NCBI GenBank assembly: GCA_964490075.1
Contig: CAZBBK010000060.1
Span: 1-38,414, forward strand
DNA from: an uncultured Gemmatimonadota bacterium
GTDB lineage: Bacteria > GCA-2686955
Direction: 5' to 3'
DNA length: 38,414 nucleotides
Shown: positions 1 to 7,417 of the stretch, piece by piece
Layout of the letters: the number at the start of each line of letters is the position of its first letter
Position numbering within the stretch: position 1 is the stretch's first letter
Notes under the pieces: generated by a model
Database searches by the model: none
Seen by the model: the letters and a program-made list of their open reading frames with translations, nothing else
Told to the model about the DNA's origin: nothing
Made by a program: the position numbers and the translations under genes

Positions 1-11
1 CCGCGAAGGGC

Positions 12-38
12 CAGCCTTTCCCCCACGGGGAAAGGCTG
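12..38. other. perfect 12-bp-stem / 3-nt-loop hairpin (CAGCCTTTCCCC cac GGGGAAAGGCTG)
   Basis: Read directly: 12-23 is the exact reverse complement of 27-38. No U-run on either strand, so not a classical intrinsic terminator. Lies ~360 bp downstream of the intI stop. Confidence 0.4.
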
Positions 39-396
39 CCCGAAGTCGGCCGAACAACTCTTAGACTGACCTCCATACAAACTTGGGCGACTTTGGAACG
101 TCAGTGTAGCACGCATCGCGGGTCCCGACGCCGAGCGCCAGCGAATCCTCCGTGTCGCTGCTGCCTCGGCGCCGTGAACGGACGAAGCCGAGCCTGGTGC
201 CAAGGGCTGGGTGCACGACGATCGTGGGCCGGCTCTGACTGCGTCGGGTTCCGGTCCCCCAGCGGATCTGATCGAAGGGAATTCCGGCTCGAATTCGCGG
301 CGATGGGCTGCGGGGTTCTGCAGTGTACAGCGATCTGCTGGGGGCCGCCTGGACCGATGTGCTGATGGACGGGAAAATCGCCGCGGCCGCAGCCAC

Positions 397-2109
397 TCAC
401 TGGTCTCGGTCGCTCGAAACGTCGAATCTCCGCTCCCATTGGTGCTCACATTCCGCGCTGTGATCGAGAGTCCATACAACACTCTGCTCCATGAAGTACG
501 AGCGATCGTTCGCGCCGCCGACCGGCCAGGTCCTCCGAAAACGCCAAATGGGCCGAGTGCCCTCACCTTGAGCGTCGGCGCCTGGTCCGATCGTCGCAGA
601 CCGGGCGCCACGGCCTTCCCCGCCCGGCGGCGAATTCGAGATTGCCGACTCCGTCGACCCTGCCCCTCGGTGGGGCGGACTCGGAGCGGACGGAGATCGT
701 GGCGCAGGGATGGGGTCTGCTCGCACATCGGATCCAGCGTCTGGCGCGCGGTCCCCGGAGCGTTGCGGCCTTGGGCCATCGATCGGTTCCCGTCGTTCTC
801 GCGGCGCGGCGGAAGGGTGGAACTGGGTGTCGCCCACGATCTCCGTTGCGCCTGGCTCCTCGTCCTCATGACGTGGCCACCCCGCTCGCGATCTCTGCCC
901 CTCCACTCCGCGCCGCCCGATCGCCGGCTCCCTCTGGGGGAAGACCGATGGCGGTGCAGCTGCCCCGGGCAAAGACCCCACTCCGGGCGACAGACTACCG
1001 GGAAGAAGCGCTCGCGTATCAATCGCAATCGCGCCAGGAGGCAACACCGGCATGCCGTCCGCCGGGCTGCGCACCGCGAGGGGCCCCCGGCCGAGCACAT
1101 GCGTGTAGACCATGGTCGTGCGCAGATCGGCGTGCCCAAGCAACTCTTGAACCGTGCGGATGTCGTAGCCGTCCTCGAGCAGATGCGTCGCGAAGCTGTG
1201 ACGAAGGGTGTGGCAGCTCGCCTTCTTCTGCAGATCCGCCGCTCGCACCGCGTGCGCCATCGCGCGCTGCACGACGGTCTCGTGCAGATGATGTCGGCGC
1301 AGCTCCCCCGTCTGCCGATGATGGTAACGGCGCGTCGCCGGGAACACCCATTGCCACTTCCAGGAGCGACCGATGTCTGGGAACTTACGGGCCAATGCGT
1401 CGGGAATCTCGACCCAGCCCGCGCCCTGCTCGAGATCTCGCTCATGCTGAGCACGAACCGCCTCCATGTGCTGTGCCAGAGGGATCTGCGCCGCGCCGGC
1501 AAGCAGTGTGACTCGGTCTTTGTTGCCCTTGCCTCCACGAACCGTGAGCTGTCGCGCGGCGATGTCTACGTCCTTGATCCGCAGGCGGAGGCCTTCGAGC
1601 AGACGCAAGCCTCCGCCATAGAGGAGCAAAGCGACCAGGCGCACCGACCCCTCGAGCCGCATGATCACCGTCGCAACCTCCTCGCGTGAGAGCACCACCG
1701 GGAGGTGCTGGGCGCGCTTGGCCCGCACCAGATCCTCGAAGTCCTCCAGCTCGATCTCCAGTACGTTCCGGCACAGGAAGAGCAGCGCCGCGAGCGCCTG
1801 ATTCTGAGTCGAGGCTGAGACCTGTGCCTCGACTGCCAGTGCCGAGATGAACTGTGTCACCTCCTCGGCGTCGATCCGGTCTAGGTCCGACCACCCGCGA
1901 AAGTGGAGGAATCGCCGAACCCACTGCCAGTACGCCTTCTCGGTCTTCCGGCTGTAGTGGCGGATGCGGATCGCCGCGCGAAAGGCCTCTCGAAGCCCGG
2001 GCTCGCCGCCTGCGCTCCCGGTGCTGCCCGGTTCCATCGGCACCCGCCGCGGATTCCTGCGATCCGCGCCTTCCACCCACCGCTTGCGACTCTGCGACTC
2101 GGGCCTCAT
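397..2109 (-). CDS. intI: integron-type tyrosine recombinase (IntI family) with a ~215-aa low-complexity C-terminal extension
   Basis: Translation contains [22 protein letters not shown], the catalytic R (GLRLLEG), K (RGGKGNKDR), [12 protein letters not shown] and [16 protein letters not shown], plus the IntI-specific extra segment [22 protein letters not shown]...RRHHLHE. Strong SD (GGAGAGGAAACCAGAG ATG) at 2109. Alternative start at 2037. No stop where IntI proteins normally end (~1045), so the frame continues to 397. Confidence 0.8.
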   Translation of the reverse strand: MRPESQSRKRWVEGADRRNPRRVPMEPGSTGSAGGEPGLREAFRAAIRIRHYSRKTEKAYWQWVRRFLHFRGWSDLDRIDAEEVTQFISALAVEAQVSASTQNQALAALLFLCRNVLEIELEDFEDLVRAKRAQHLPVVLSREEVATVIMRLEGSVRLVALLLYGGGLRLLEGLRLRIKDVDIAARQLTVRGGKGNKDRVTLLAGAAQIPLAQHMEAVRAQHERDLEQGAGWVEIPDALARKFPDIGRSWKWQWVFPATRRYHHRQTGELRRHHLHETVVQRAMAHAVRAADLQKKASCHTLRHSFATHLLEDGYDIRTVQELLGHADLRTTMVYTHVLGRGPLAVRSPADGMPVLPPGAIAIDTRALLPGSLSPGVGSLPGAAAPPSVFPQREPAIGRRGVEGQRSRAGWPRHEDEEPGATEIVGDTQFHPSAAPRERREPIDGPRPQRSGDRAPDAGSDVRADPIPAPRSPSAPSPPHRGAGSTESAISNSPPGGEGRGARSATIGPGADAQGEGTRPIWRFRRTWPVGGANDRSYFMEQSVVWTLDHSAECEHQWERRFDVSSDRDQ

Positions 2110-2146
2110 CTCTGGTTTCCTCTCCGCCCGCCAAGGGTCCGAAACC

Positions 2147-2161
2147 GACCCACGGTGGGTC
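2147..2161 (-). terminator. 15-bp palindrome GACCCACgGTGGGTC followed by GGTTTC on the minus strand; weak terminator of the 131-aa gene
   Basis: Perfect 7-bp arms. Lies 20 bp downstream of the stop at 2181. A short T-containing tail follows on the minus strand. Confidence 0.3.
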
Positions 2162-2180
2162 GCGTTCCGACACCCCGGGA

Positions 2181-2576
2181 TTACGGAATAGACGATGCAT
2201 CGGATGCCTCTCGGCGGCTCCGTGGTCCCCTAGCCTCGGGCTCTCCGAATGCGTCCAGGCGGAGCTGTGCGCGTCGCGCGGCCAACGCCTCGGTCAGCGA
2301 CTCGATGTTCTCTCGCGGTTCGACGCCGTGGCGCCCCGCAGCGAGCAACAACGCGCGAAGCGTGATGGCCGGCCGCGCCGTCTGGCGCTCCCCACACCTG
2401 CGGCAGCGGAGCTCGGGTCCGTGCAGTCCGCGCCCTTCGCGCTCTACGTGAAGTCGCTCTTCGAGGCGCCGGCGCAGTGTCACGAGATCTTCCCAGCGCA
2501 TCGGGGAGCGCCACTGATCACGCAAGATGTCGACGAGCGCGGCGTACCAGATCCGCGTCACCGCCATGCCGCTCAT
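2181..2576 (-). CDS. hypothetical 131-aa protein with a C-x2-C pair (LRCRRCGE)
   Basis: Good SD (GCGAGGAGAAccgacATG). Charged, non-low-complexity composition, unlike neighbouring spurious frames. Own hairpin downstream. No family recognised. Confidence 0.55.
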   Translation of the reverse strand: MSGMAVTRIWYAALVDILRDQWRSPMRWEDLVTLRRRLEERLHVEREGRGLHGPELRCRRCGERQTARPAITLRALLLAAGRHGVEPRENIESLTEALAARRAQLRLDAFGEPEARGPRSRREASDASSIP

Positions 2577-2690
2577 GTCGGTTCTCCTCGCGATCTCCTG
2601 CTCCTTGTTCCCATCGGAGTCGGTTCATGATCCCTCGTCTGCAAGGAGCACGCCAGGCGAACTCCCGGCTCGGGTCTCCAGAAGGTGGAC

Positions 2691-3029
2691 TCAGATCTGG
2701 TGACGCGTCTCCGCACCTCCAATGGTCCTCCCAAGCTCCGTCAACGGTGCACCCAACGTCAGCAAGGTGCGAAACACGAGATCCAAAGAGACCGTTGGGT
2801 CAGCGGCCTCCATCTTGGCTACCTGCGACCGGCTTGACCTCACCAGCCGCGCGACCTCTGTCTGCGTCATGCTCCGCGAGGCTCGCCAATCCCTGACCGC
2901 TGCGGCCGGGGCGATCTTCACGTTCAAGAAGGCCCGTTCCTCTGCCGTCAGATCGAGGAAGTCCTCTGCGCTACCGATCTTCCATCCAGCCTTCTCCAGT
3001 CTCCTCTTCTTGTCTTCTTCTATGCCCAT
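2691..3029 (-). CDS. higA: HigA-like XRE-family HTH antitoxin (112 aa)
   Basis: MGIEEDKKRRLEKAGWKIGSAEDFLDLTAEERAFLNVK...MTQTEVARLVRSSRSQVAKMEAADPTVSLDLVFRTLLTLGAPL is the typical HigA layout: N-terminal extension followed by an XRE helix-turn-helix. ATG at 3029..3027. GC clearly lower than surrounding genes. Confidence 0.6.
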   Translation of the reverse strand: MGIEEDKKRRLEKAGWKIGSAEDFLDLTAEERAFLNVKIAPAAAVRDWRASRSMTQTEVARLVRSSRSQVAKMEAADPTVSLDLVFRTLLTLGAPLTELGRTIGGAETRHQI

Positions 3030-3230
3030 GCTCGCTCGTTGTAGATCCGCGTCATGGGCGCGCAGCCGCTGTCTGCTTGAATCGAGTACAGCTTTCGGGG
3101 TCTTGCCGGTCTTCCTGCTGAACACCGCCGCAATGACGATGGCGTCTTCGTCCATTCGATAGATGATCCTCCGACTCTGGTCGCCATCCTGAATTCGCAA
3201 CTCGCGGCAGCGCGGCGCCTGCGCTGACAT
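3030..3230 (-). pseudogene. remnant of a RelE/ParE-fold HigB toxin (C-terminal ~50 aa only), fused in frame to higA
   Basis: ELRIQDGDQSRRIIYRMDEDAIVIAAVFSRKTGKTPKAVLDSSRQRLRAH matches the ELR...YR...F.KKTQKTP core of Gp49/HigB toxins. The ~55-aa N-terminal half is absent: upstream residues are unrelated and overlap a DNA repeat. No stop codon lies between this segment and the higA ATG (LQRAS-MGIEE). Confidence 0.45.
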
Positions 3231-3282
3231 GAGACGAGAATGCGGCAGGCCCGGCACAGCGATCCTCCACGCAGGAAGCGCG

Positions 3283-3428
3283 GCCGGCACGCGAAGAAGA
3301 GCTGTCGAGACCACCTTCCTACCGCGCCTGGAACCCGGAGGCCCGCGGGCTCCCGCTGGGTCCGCGGTTCTTCGCGGAGTGCGTCGCTCGAGAGGCGCTC
3401 TGTCGAAACCCCTGATCCGGTCCAATCA
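3283..3428. repeat. copy 1 of a ~130-bp repeated element (inverted copy at 37958..38088)
   Basis: The reverse complement of 3283-3408 aligns with 37958-38088 at roughly 85% identity, e.g. CGACGCACTCCGCGA(A/G)GAACCGCGG(A/G)CCCAGCGGGAG(C/T)CCGCGGGCC. Conservation is equal in all reading frames, so it is non-coding. About 17-bp imperfect direct repeats (TCGACAG.GC.CT.TTCG-like) flank an ~80-bp core. Confidence 0.55.
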
Positions 3429-3430
3429 CC

Positions 3431-3446
3431 TTTGCCCGCGGGCAAA
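3431..3446. other. perfect 16-bp palindrome TTTGCCCGCGGGCAAA, 15 bp after the DUF1016 stop
   Basis: Self-complementary as read. No U-run follows on either strand. Confidence 0.4.
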
Positions 3447-3460
3447 CATCTCCCGCTCCG

Positions 3461-4216
3461 CTACTCGGCCCGCCTCTCCAGCAGCCTCCGAACGATCTCC
3501 GCCGGATCCGCCCCCTCTTCGAGCACGAAGGCGACCACGTGCCCGGAGCCGCCCGCCAGCGGCTCGATCAGCCCCTCGAAGGGCGCCTCGTCCGCCGCCC
3601 GTTTCAGGGCGTTGAAGTGGTGGCGCGCCCGCACCGCCACGGGCTGGTTCGGCTTGCGCCCGCGGCGCGAAAGCGGCCGGCCGAGCAGCTCCAGGTGCTG
3701 GTCGGCCAGCCATTGGTCGAACTGCGGCCGCGACATCTCGACGAGATCGTCGGCCTGCTCGGCCACAGCGGCGCGGGCAGCCGGTTCGCGCAGCAGCGGC
3801 GTGAGCTGGCGGGCGCGGCTCCAGGGCAGGCGCTCGATCTGGGGCAGCAGCTCCGCGTCGGGGTCGGCGCCGTGGAACTCGTGGGCCCGGTAGAGGGTGG
3901 AGGCGTCGATGCCGGTGTCCTCCGCCAGGCTCCTGAAGATCCGTCCGCCGTAGCGCCGGCGGCGATCGCCCTGCGCCAGGAAGCGGTCGATGCGCTTGCC
4001 GATCTCCCAGTAGATCTTCACCATCGCGGCAAAGCGGCTCCGGCAATGGCTCGCCAGCTCGACGTAGCCCTTTTCCGCCTGCAGCTCCGGGTCGGCGTTG
4101 CCGCGCGCCTGGTGGACGATGCTGCGATCCAACGAGCGACCGTTTCCGGCGACCTCCCTCGAGCCGGAAACGGGCTCCGCGACTGCGTCAGCGTTGCGGT
4201 CCGTGACGTCTGCCAT
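3461..4216 (-). CDS. DUF1016 (YhcG-family) N-terminal-domain protein lacking the PD-(D/E)xK nuclease half
   Basis: KIYWEIGKRIDRFL...RRRYGGRIFRSLAEDTGIDASTLYRAHEFH and LPWSRARQLTPLL match the YWxIG...RAxYG...LSxxL...NLxxMRxFY and LSWSHY..LL motifs of the DUF1016 N domain. Only 251 aa, and the C-terminal 80 aa are unrelated to PD-(D/E)xK. SD with A6 tract (CGAAAAAAGGGGCGAACAATG) at 4216. Confidence 0.6.
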   Translation of the reverse strand: MADVTDRNADAVAEPVSGSREVAGNGRSLDRSIVHQARGNADPELQAEKGYVELASHCRSRFAAMVKIYWEIGKRIDRFLAQGDRRRRYGGRIFRSLAEDTGIDASTLYRAHEFHGADPDAELLPQIERLPWSRARQLTPLLREPAARAAVAEQADDLVEMSRPQFDQWLADQHLELLGRPLSRRGRKPNQPVAVRARHHFNALKRAADEAPFEGLIEPLAGGSGHVVAFVLEEGADPAEIVRRLLERRAE

Positions 4217-4499
4217 GTTCGCCCCTTTTTTCGTGCGGCCGCGGGCGCACCCCCCGCTGGACGTGGTCCCAATGGGCCGCGCGTAGAGAAGAATAACAAC
4301 GCCCCACCCCGTGCTGTTGCTTCACCGACAAGAAAAGGTCCGTCCCTGAGAAGAAGTGACGACATTTCGTCGGAACAGGGCGCCAAAATCGTGGGCGCGG
4401 CCCGTCCGTCCATTTTCCTCGACGGCGCTACACTATTTCGCGCTGCCGGCGCAGCCCAAAGGGACAGGCTCTCCCGGTCCGGGCTTTTCCCGACTCCCG

Positions 4500-6125
4500 T
4501 TACCCCTTCGTCCGAAACGCCCGCGCCCCTCCCAGGCCCAGCTTCTGCATCCGGCTGCGCAGAGTGCTCGGGTTGATCCCGAGCAGCTCGGCCGAGCCGC
4601 CGGCCCCGTACAGCTTGCCGCCGGTCCGCTCCAGCGCCCGCTCGATGTGTTGTCGCTCCGCGTCGCGCAGAGTCGGGAAGGGCTGCTCGTCTTCGAGCAA
4701 AGCGCTGGGTGTCCGGCCCGGCCCCCGCATCACCCCTGCCGCGTCCGCTTCCGCGCCCCCTTCACCGCCCCGGTCGCTCGGCCGGTCCCCATCCAACCCC
4801 AGCTCCAACTCCGGTCCGGAGCTCAAGATCGTCGCCCGCTCCAGCAGGTTGATCAGCTCGCGCACGTTGCCGGGCCAGTCACGCGCCCGCAGCCGCGCCC
4901 CAACCCCCGCGCCGAGCCGCCAGGGACCGCGTCCGGTGCGCCGCGCCAGCTGCTCCAAGAACCCCTCGGCGATCGCCTCGATGTCATCGGGACGCTCGCG
5001 GAGCGCCGGCATCTCGATCGGGAAGACCGCCAGGCGATAATAGAGGTCCTGCCGAAAGCGCTGCTCCGCCACCGCTCGCGGCAGATCGATGTTGGTGGCG
5101 GCGATCACCCGCACGTCGACGCGCAGGCTGCGGTCGCTGCCGACCGGCTCGAAGCAGCCCTCTTGCAGGGCGCGCAGCAGCTTGGGCTGCAGCTCGACCG
5201 GCATCTCCCCGATCTCGTCCAGGAAGAGGGTGCCGCCGTTGGCCGCCTGGAAGCGGCCGATGCGCGCCTTGGTGGCGCCCGAGAAGGCGCCTTTGACGTG
5301 GCCGAAGAGCTCGCTCTCGATCAGGTTGGCCGGCAGGGCGGCGCAGTTGATGCCGATCAGCGGACGGGCGGCGCGCGGGCTCCAGCCGTGGATGGCGCTG
5401 GCCAGCACCTCTTTGCCGGTGCCGGTCTCGCCGGTGATCAGCACCGGGGTGTCGGCGGCGGCCACGGCGCGCGCGGTGCGCACGATCAGGGTCATGGCGG
5501 GGCTGCGGTTGGCCTCCATCATGGCGCAGGCGTCGCGGCGCTCCTCGACCCGCTCCCCCAGGAGCCGGTTCTGCTCCTTGAGCTGCTGGCTCAACCGGCT
5601 CAGCAGCGCCGACTGCTCGCCGTAGCTCATCGCCATCGCCAGGAGCTTGCCGAACACGTCGGCCAGGTCCACCACCTGGGCGGGATACACAGCGCAGACA
5701 CGCCGGTCGAAGGTCATGATCCCGAGGGGACCGGAATGCGCCCGCAGGGGAACCACCATGCAGGAATGCCCGTGCGGCAGGTCGAGCACGCCGTCGAAAG
5801 CGTCGCCATCGCCGTCGCGATGATCGTGCTCGGTGAATGGCCGCGCATGATCCTGCTCCAGGAGCGCGCGAATGCTGGGGAAGCGCTCCAGCTCCAGCAG
5901 GTGGCGCCGCACCGCCGGACCGGCCAGCGACCCGCGCGCCACCCGTACGTGCAGCGCGTCGCCGCGCAGCTCCATGATGGTCGCCAGGTCGTAGGGGACC
6001 AACCGGCCCAGAGTCTCCATCGCCTGGCCCAGCAATTCGTTCACCTGCTCGACCGACGTGGCCAGCCCGGCCGCCTGACGCAGATCGCGGGTCAGATCGA
6101 GAATCGTCTTCGAGGATGGAACCAT
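4500..6125 (-). CDS. sigma54-dependent transcriptional activator, GAF-AAA+-Fis-HTH architecture, no receiver domain
   Basis: [15 protein letters not shown] (Walker A), [15 protein letters not shown] (GAFTGA-type sigma54 contact loop), C-terminal [21 protein letters not shown] (Fis-type HTH), N-terminal ~170-aa GAF-like domain. SD GGGAGGGAGAC ATG at 6125. Alternative ATG at 6140. Confidence 0.85.
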   Translation of the reverse strand: MVPSSKTILDLTRDLRQAAGLATSVEQVNELLGQAMETLGRLVPYDLATIMELRGDALHVRVARGSLAGPAVRRHLLELERFPSIRALLEQDHARPFTEHDHRDGDGDAFDGVLDLPHGHSCMVVPLRAHSGPLGIMTFDRRVCAVYPAQVVDLADVFGKLLAMAMSYGEQSALLSRLSQQLKEQNRLLGERVEERRDACAMMEANRSPAMTLIVRTARAVAAADTPVLITGETGTGKEVLASAIHGWSPRAARPLIGINCAALPANLIESELFGHVKGAFSGATKARIGRFQAANGGTLFLDEIGEMPVELQPKLLRALQEGCFEPVGSDRSLRVDVRVIAATNIDLPRAVAEQRFRQDLYYRLAVFPIEMPALRERPDDIEAIAEGFLEQLARRTGRGPWRLGAGVGARLRARDWPGNVRELINLLERATILSSGPELELGLDGDRPSDRGGEGGAEADAAGVMRGPGRTPSALLEDEQPFPTLRDAERQHIERALERTGGKLYGAGGSAELLGINPSTLRSRMQKLGLGGARAFRTKG

Positions 6126-6169
6126 GTCTCCCTCCCGCATCCGGTGGTCGGGCGGATGAGCTACCCCTC

Positions 6170-6529
6170 TCAGCGCTCGGACCACACCGCCAGCTCGTTG
6201 CCGCTCGGATCTTCGAAGTGAAAGCGGCGGCCTCCGGGAAAGTCGAAGGGCTCCCGCACGATCCGTCCTCCGGACGCCCGGACCTTCGCCAGCGTTGCGG
6301 GAAGATCGTCGGAGAACACCACGACCAGAGGTCCCCCGGCCGACAATTCGGCGTCCACCCGAAATCCCCCGATCTCCCGATCTCGTCCCTGGATGCCGGC
6401 GTACTCGGGTCCGTAGTCGTTGAACGTCCATCCCAACGCCACTTCGTAGAAGCGTTTCGATTCGGCCATGTCGGTGACCGCGAACTCGATGTAGTCGATG
6501 TCGTGGTGAATGGGGCGGACGGGCTCCAT
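6170..6529 (-). CDS. VOC / glyoxalase-bleomycin-resistance-dioxygenase superfamily protein
   Basis: 119 aa: [26 protein letters not shown]...[15 protein letters not shown]. Lies 44 bp upstream of the sigma54 activator on the same strand. Confidence 0.75.
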   Translation of the reverse strand: MEPVRPIHHDIDYIEFAVTDMAESKRFYEVALGWTFNDYGPEYAGIQGRDREIGGFRVDAELSAGGPLVVVFSDDLPATLAKVRASGGRIVREPFDFPGGRRFHFEDPSGNELAVWSER

Positions 6530-6563
6530 CTCTGGCCTCCGTGATGAGGACTCGGATTCGACC

Positions 6564-6629
6564 GCGCGATTTCGCGGCCGCCCGAGCGTAGCGCGATATT
6601 TCGAGATCGGCGAGCGTCAAATGTCGCGG
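6564..6629. promoter_or_regulatory. three spaced copies of a CGCGA(t/c)ATTTcG(a/c)-like motif; candidate activator (UAS) sites and/or VOC promoter elements
   Basis: GCGCGATTTCGCGG (6564-6577), GCGCGATATTTCGAG (6591-6605), and inverted CCGCGACATTTGACG (6615-6629), spaced ~26 bp apart. They lie 70-140 bp upstream of the sigma54 -24/-12 element and 35-100 bp upstream of the VOC ATG. Confidence 0.35.
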
Positions 6630-6700
6630 GATCTGCCGCCGGTTCCCACCGCCACATCCCAACTCATTGTCTCCCAATCACTTCCACCACATTACCCGAC

Positions 6701-6717
6701 TGGCACGGCGCCTGCAA
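6701..6717 (+). promoter_or_regulatory. sigma54 (-24/-12) promoter reading into ahpC-sodB
   Basis: TGGCACGgcgcCTGCAA against consensus TGGCACG-N4-TTGCW. GG and GC are exactly 12 nt apart, with one mismatch (C for T at the -12 region). Sits ~90 nt upstream of the ahpC ATG. A sigma54 activator gene is divergent. Confidence 0.5.
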
Positions 6718-6806
6718 TCAGTCCATCCGCGACCGGCGCCACCGACCTGAATCGCCCCCCCCCCGGCGACGCGCCATCCACCCACCCCCCACCGAAAGAG
6801 CGACCC

Positions 6807-7403
6807 ATGAACAACCTGATCGGCAAGCAAGCCCCCGTCTTTTCCGCCCCGGCGGTCCTTCCCAACAACACGATCGAGGACAGCTACAGTCTGAACGATC
6901 TGCAGGGCAAATACGTGGTCCTGTTCTTCTACCCGCTCGACTTCACCTTCGTCTGCCCGACCGAGATCATCGAGTTCAATCGCAAGCTCGACGCCTTCAA
7001 GGAGCTGGGCGCCGAGGTGGTCGGGGTGTCGGTCGACAGCCAGTTCAGCCACCTGGCGTGGAAGAACACCGCCGTCAACGAGGGCGGGATCGGCAACATC
7101 CAGTATCCGCTGGTGGCCGACCTGACCAAGCAGATCAGCCGCGACTACGGGGTGCTCTTCGAGGACGCCGGCATCGCCTTCCGCGGCACCTTCCTGATCG
7201 ACCGCGACGGCATCGTCAAGCACGCGGTGGTCAACGACCTCGGCCTCGGCCGCAATGTCGACGAGACCCTGCGCATGCTCCAGGCCCTGCGCCACCACGA
7301 GCAGCACGGCGAGGTCTGCCCGGCCAACTGGAACGAGGGCGACGAGGCGATGACCCCGAGCCCGGCCGGCGTCGCCGACTATCTCAGCAAGCACGGATCG
7401 TGA
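6807..7403 (+). CDS. ahpC: typical 2-Cys peroxiredoxin, alkyl hydroperoxide reductase subunit C
   Basis: [12 protein letters not shown] (peroxidatic Cys) and GEVCPANW (resolving Cys). 198 aa. No ahpF follows. Confidence 0.9.
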   Translation: MNNLIGKQAPVFSAPAVLPNNTIEDSYSLNDLQGKYVVLFFYPLDFTFVCPTEIIEFNRKLDAFKELGAEVVGVSVDSQFSHLAWKNTAVNEGGIGNIQYPLVADLTKQISRDYGVLFEDAGIAFRGTFLIDRDGIVKHAVVNDLGLGRNVDETLRMLQALRHHEQHGEVCPANWNEGDEAMTPSPAGVADYLSKHGS

Positions 7404-7417
7404 CGAGGAGACAGACA

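Noticed and set aside
211-1689. 492-aa ORF on the plus strand, with a nested 289-aa ORF at 642..1511
   Set aside because: Antisense to the intI frame. Pro/Arg/Ala/Gly-rich low complexity with no motifs. This is the typical stop-poor alternative frame of GC-rich DNA.
2691-3425. 244-aa ORF treated as a single higB-higA fusion gene starting at 3425
   Set aside because: The first ~65 codons (3231-3425) overlap the ~130-bp DNA repeat. They show no HigB similarity, and the repeat is conserved equally in all frames. Only the segment from ATG 3230 onward is gene-like.
3283-3428. The ~130-bp repeat copies as integron attC sites
   Set aside because: No RYYYAAC / GTTRRRY core pair at the ends, no R''-L''/L'-R' arm geometry, and the second copy lies 34 kb away among housekeeping genes. 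More consistent with a dispersed repeat than with cassette boundaries.
4356-6657. 621-aa plus-strand ORF, and 557-aa and 178-aa ORFs overlapping the sigma54 activator
   Set aside because: Antisense or frameshifted relative to a gene with unambiguous AAA+ and HTH motifs. Low-complexity translations.
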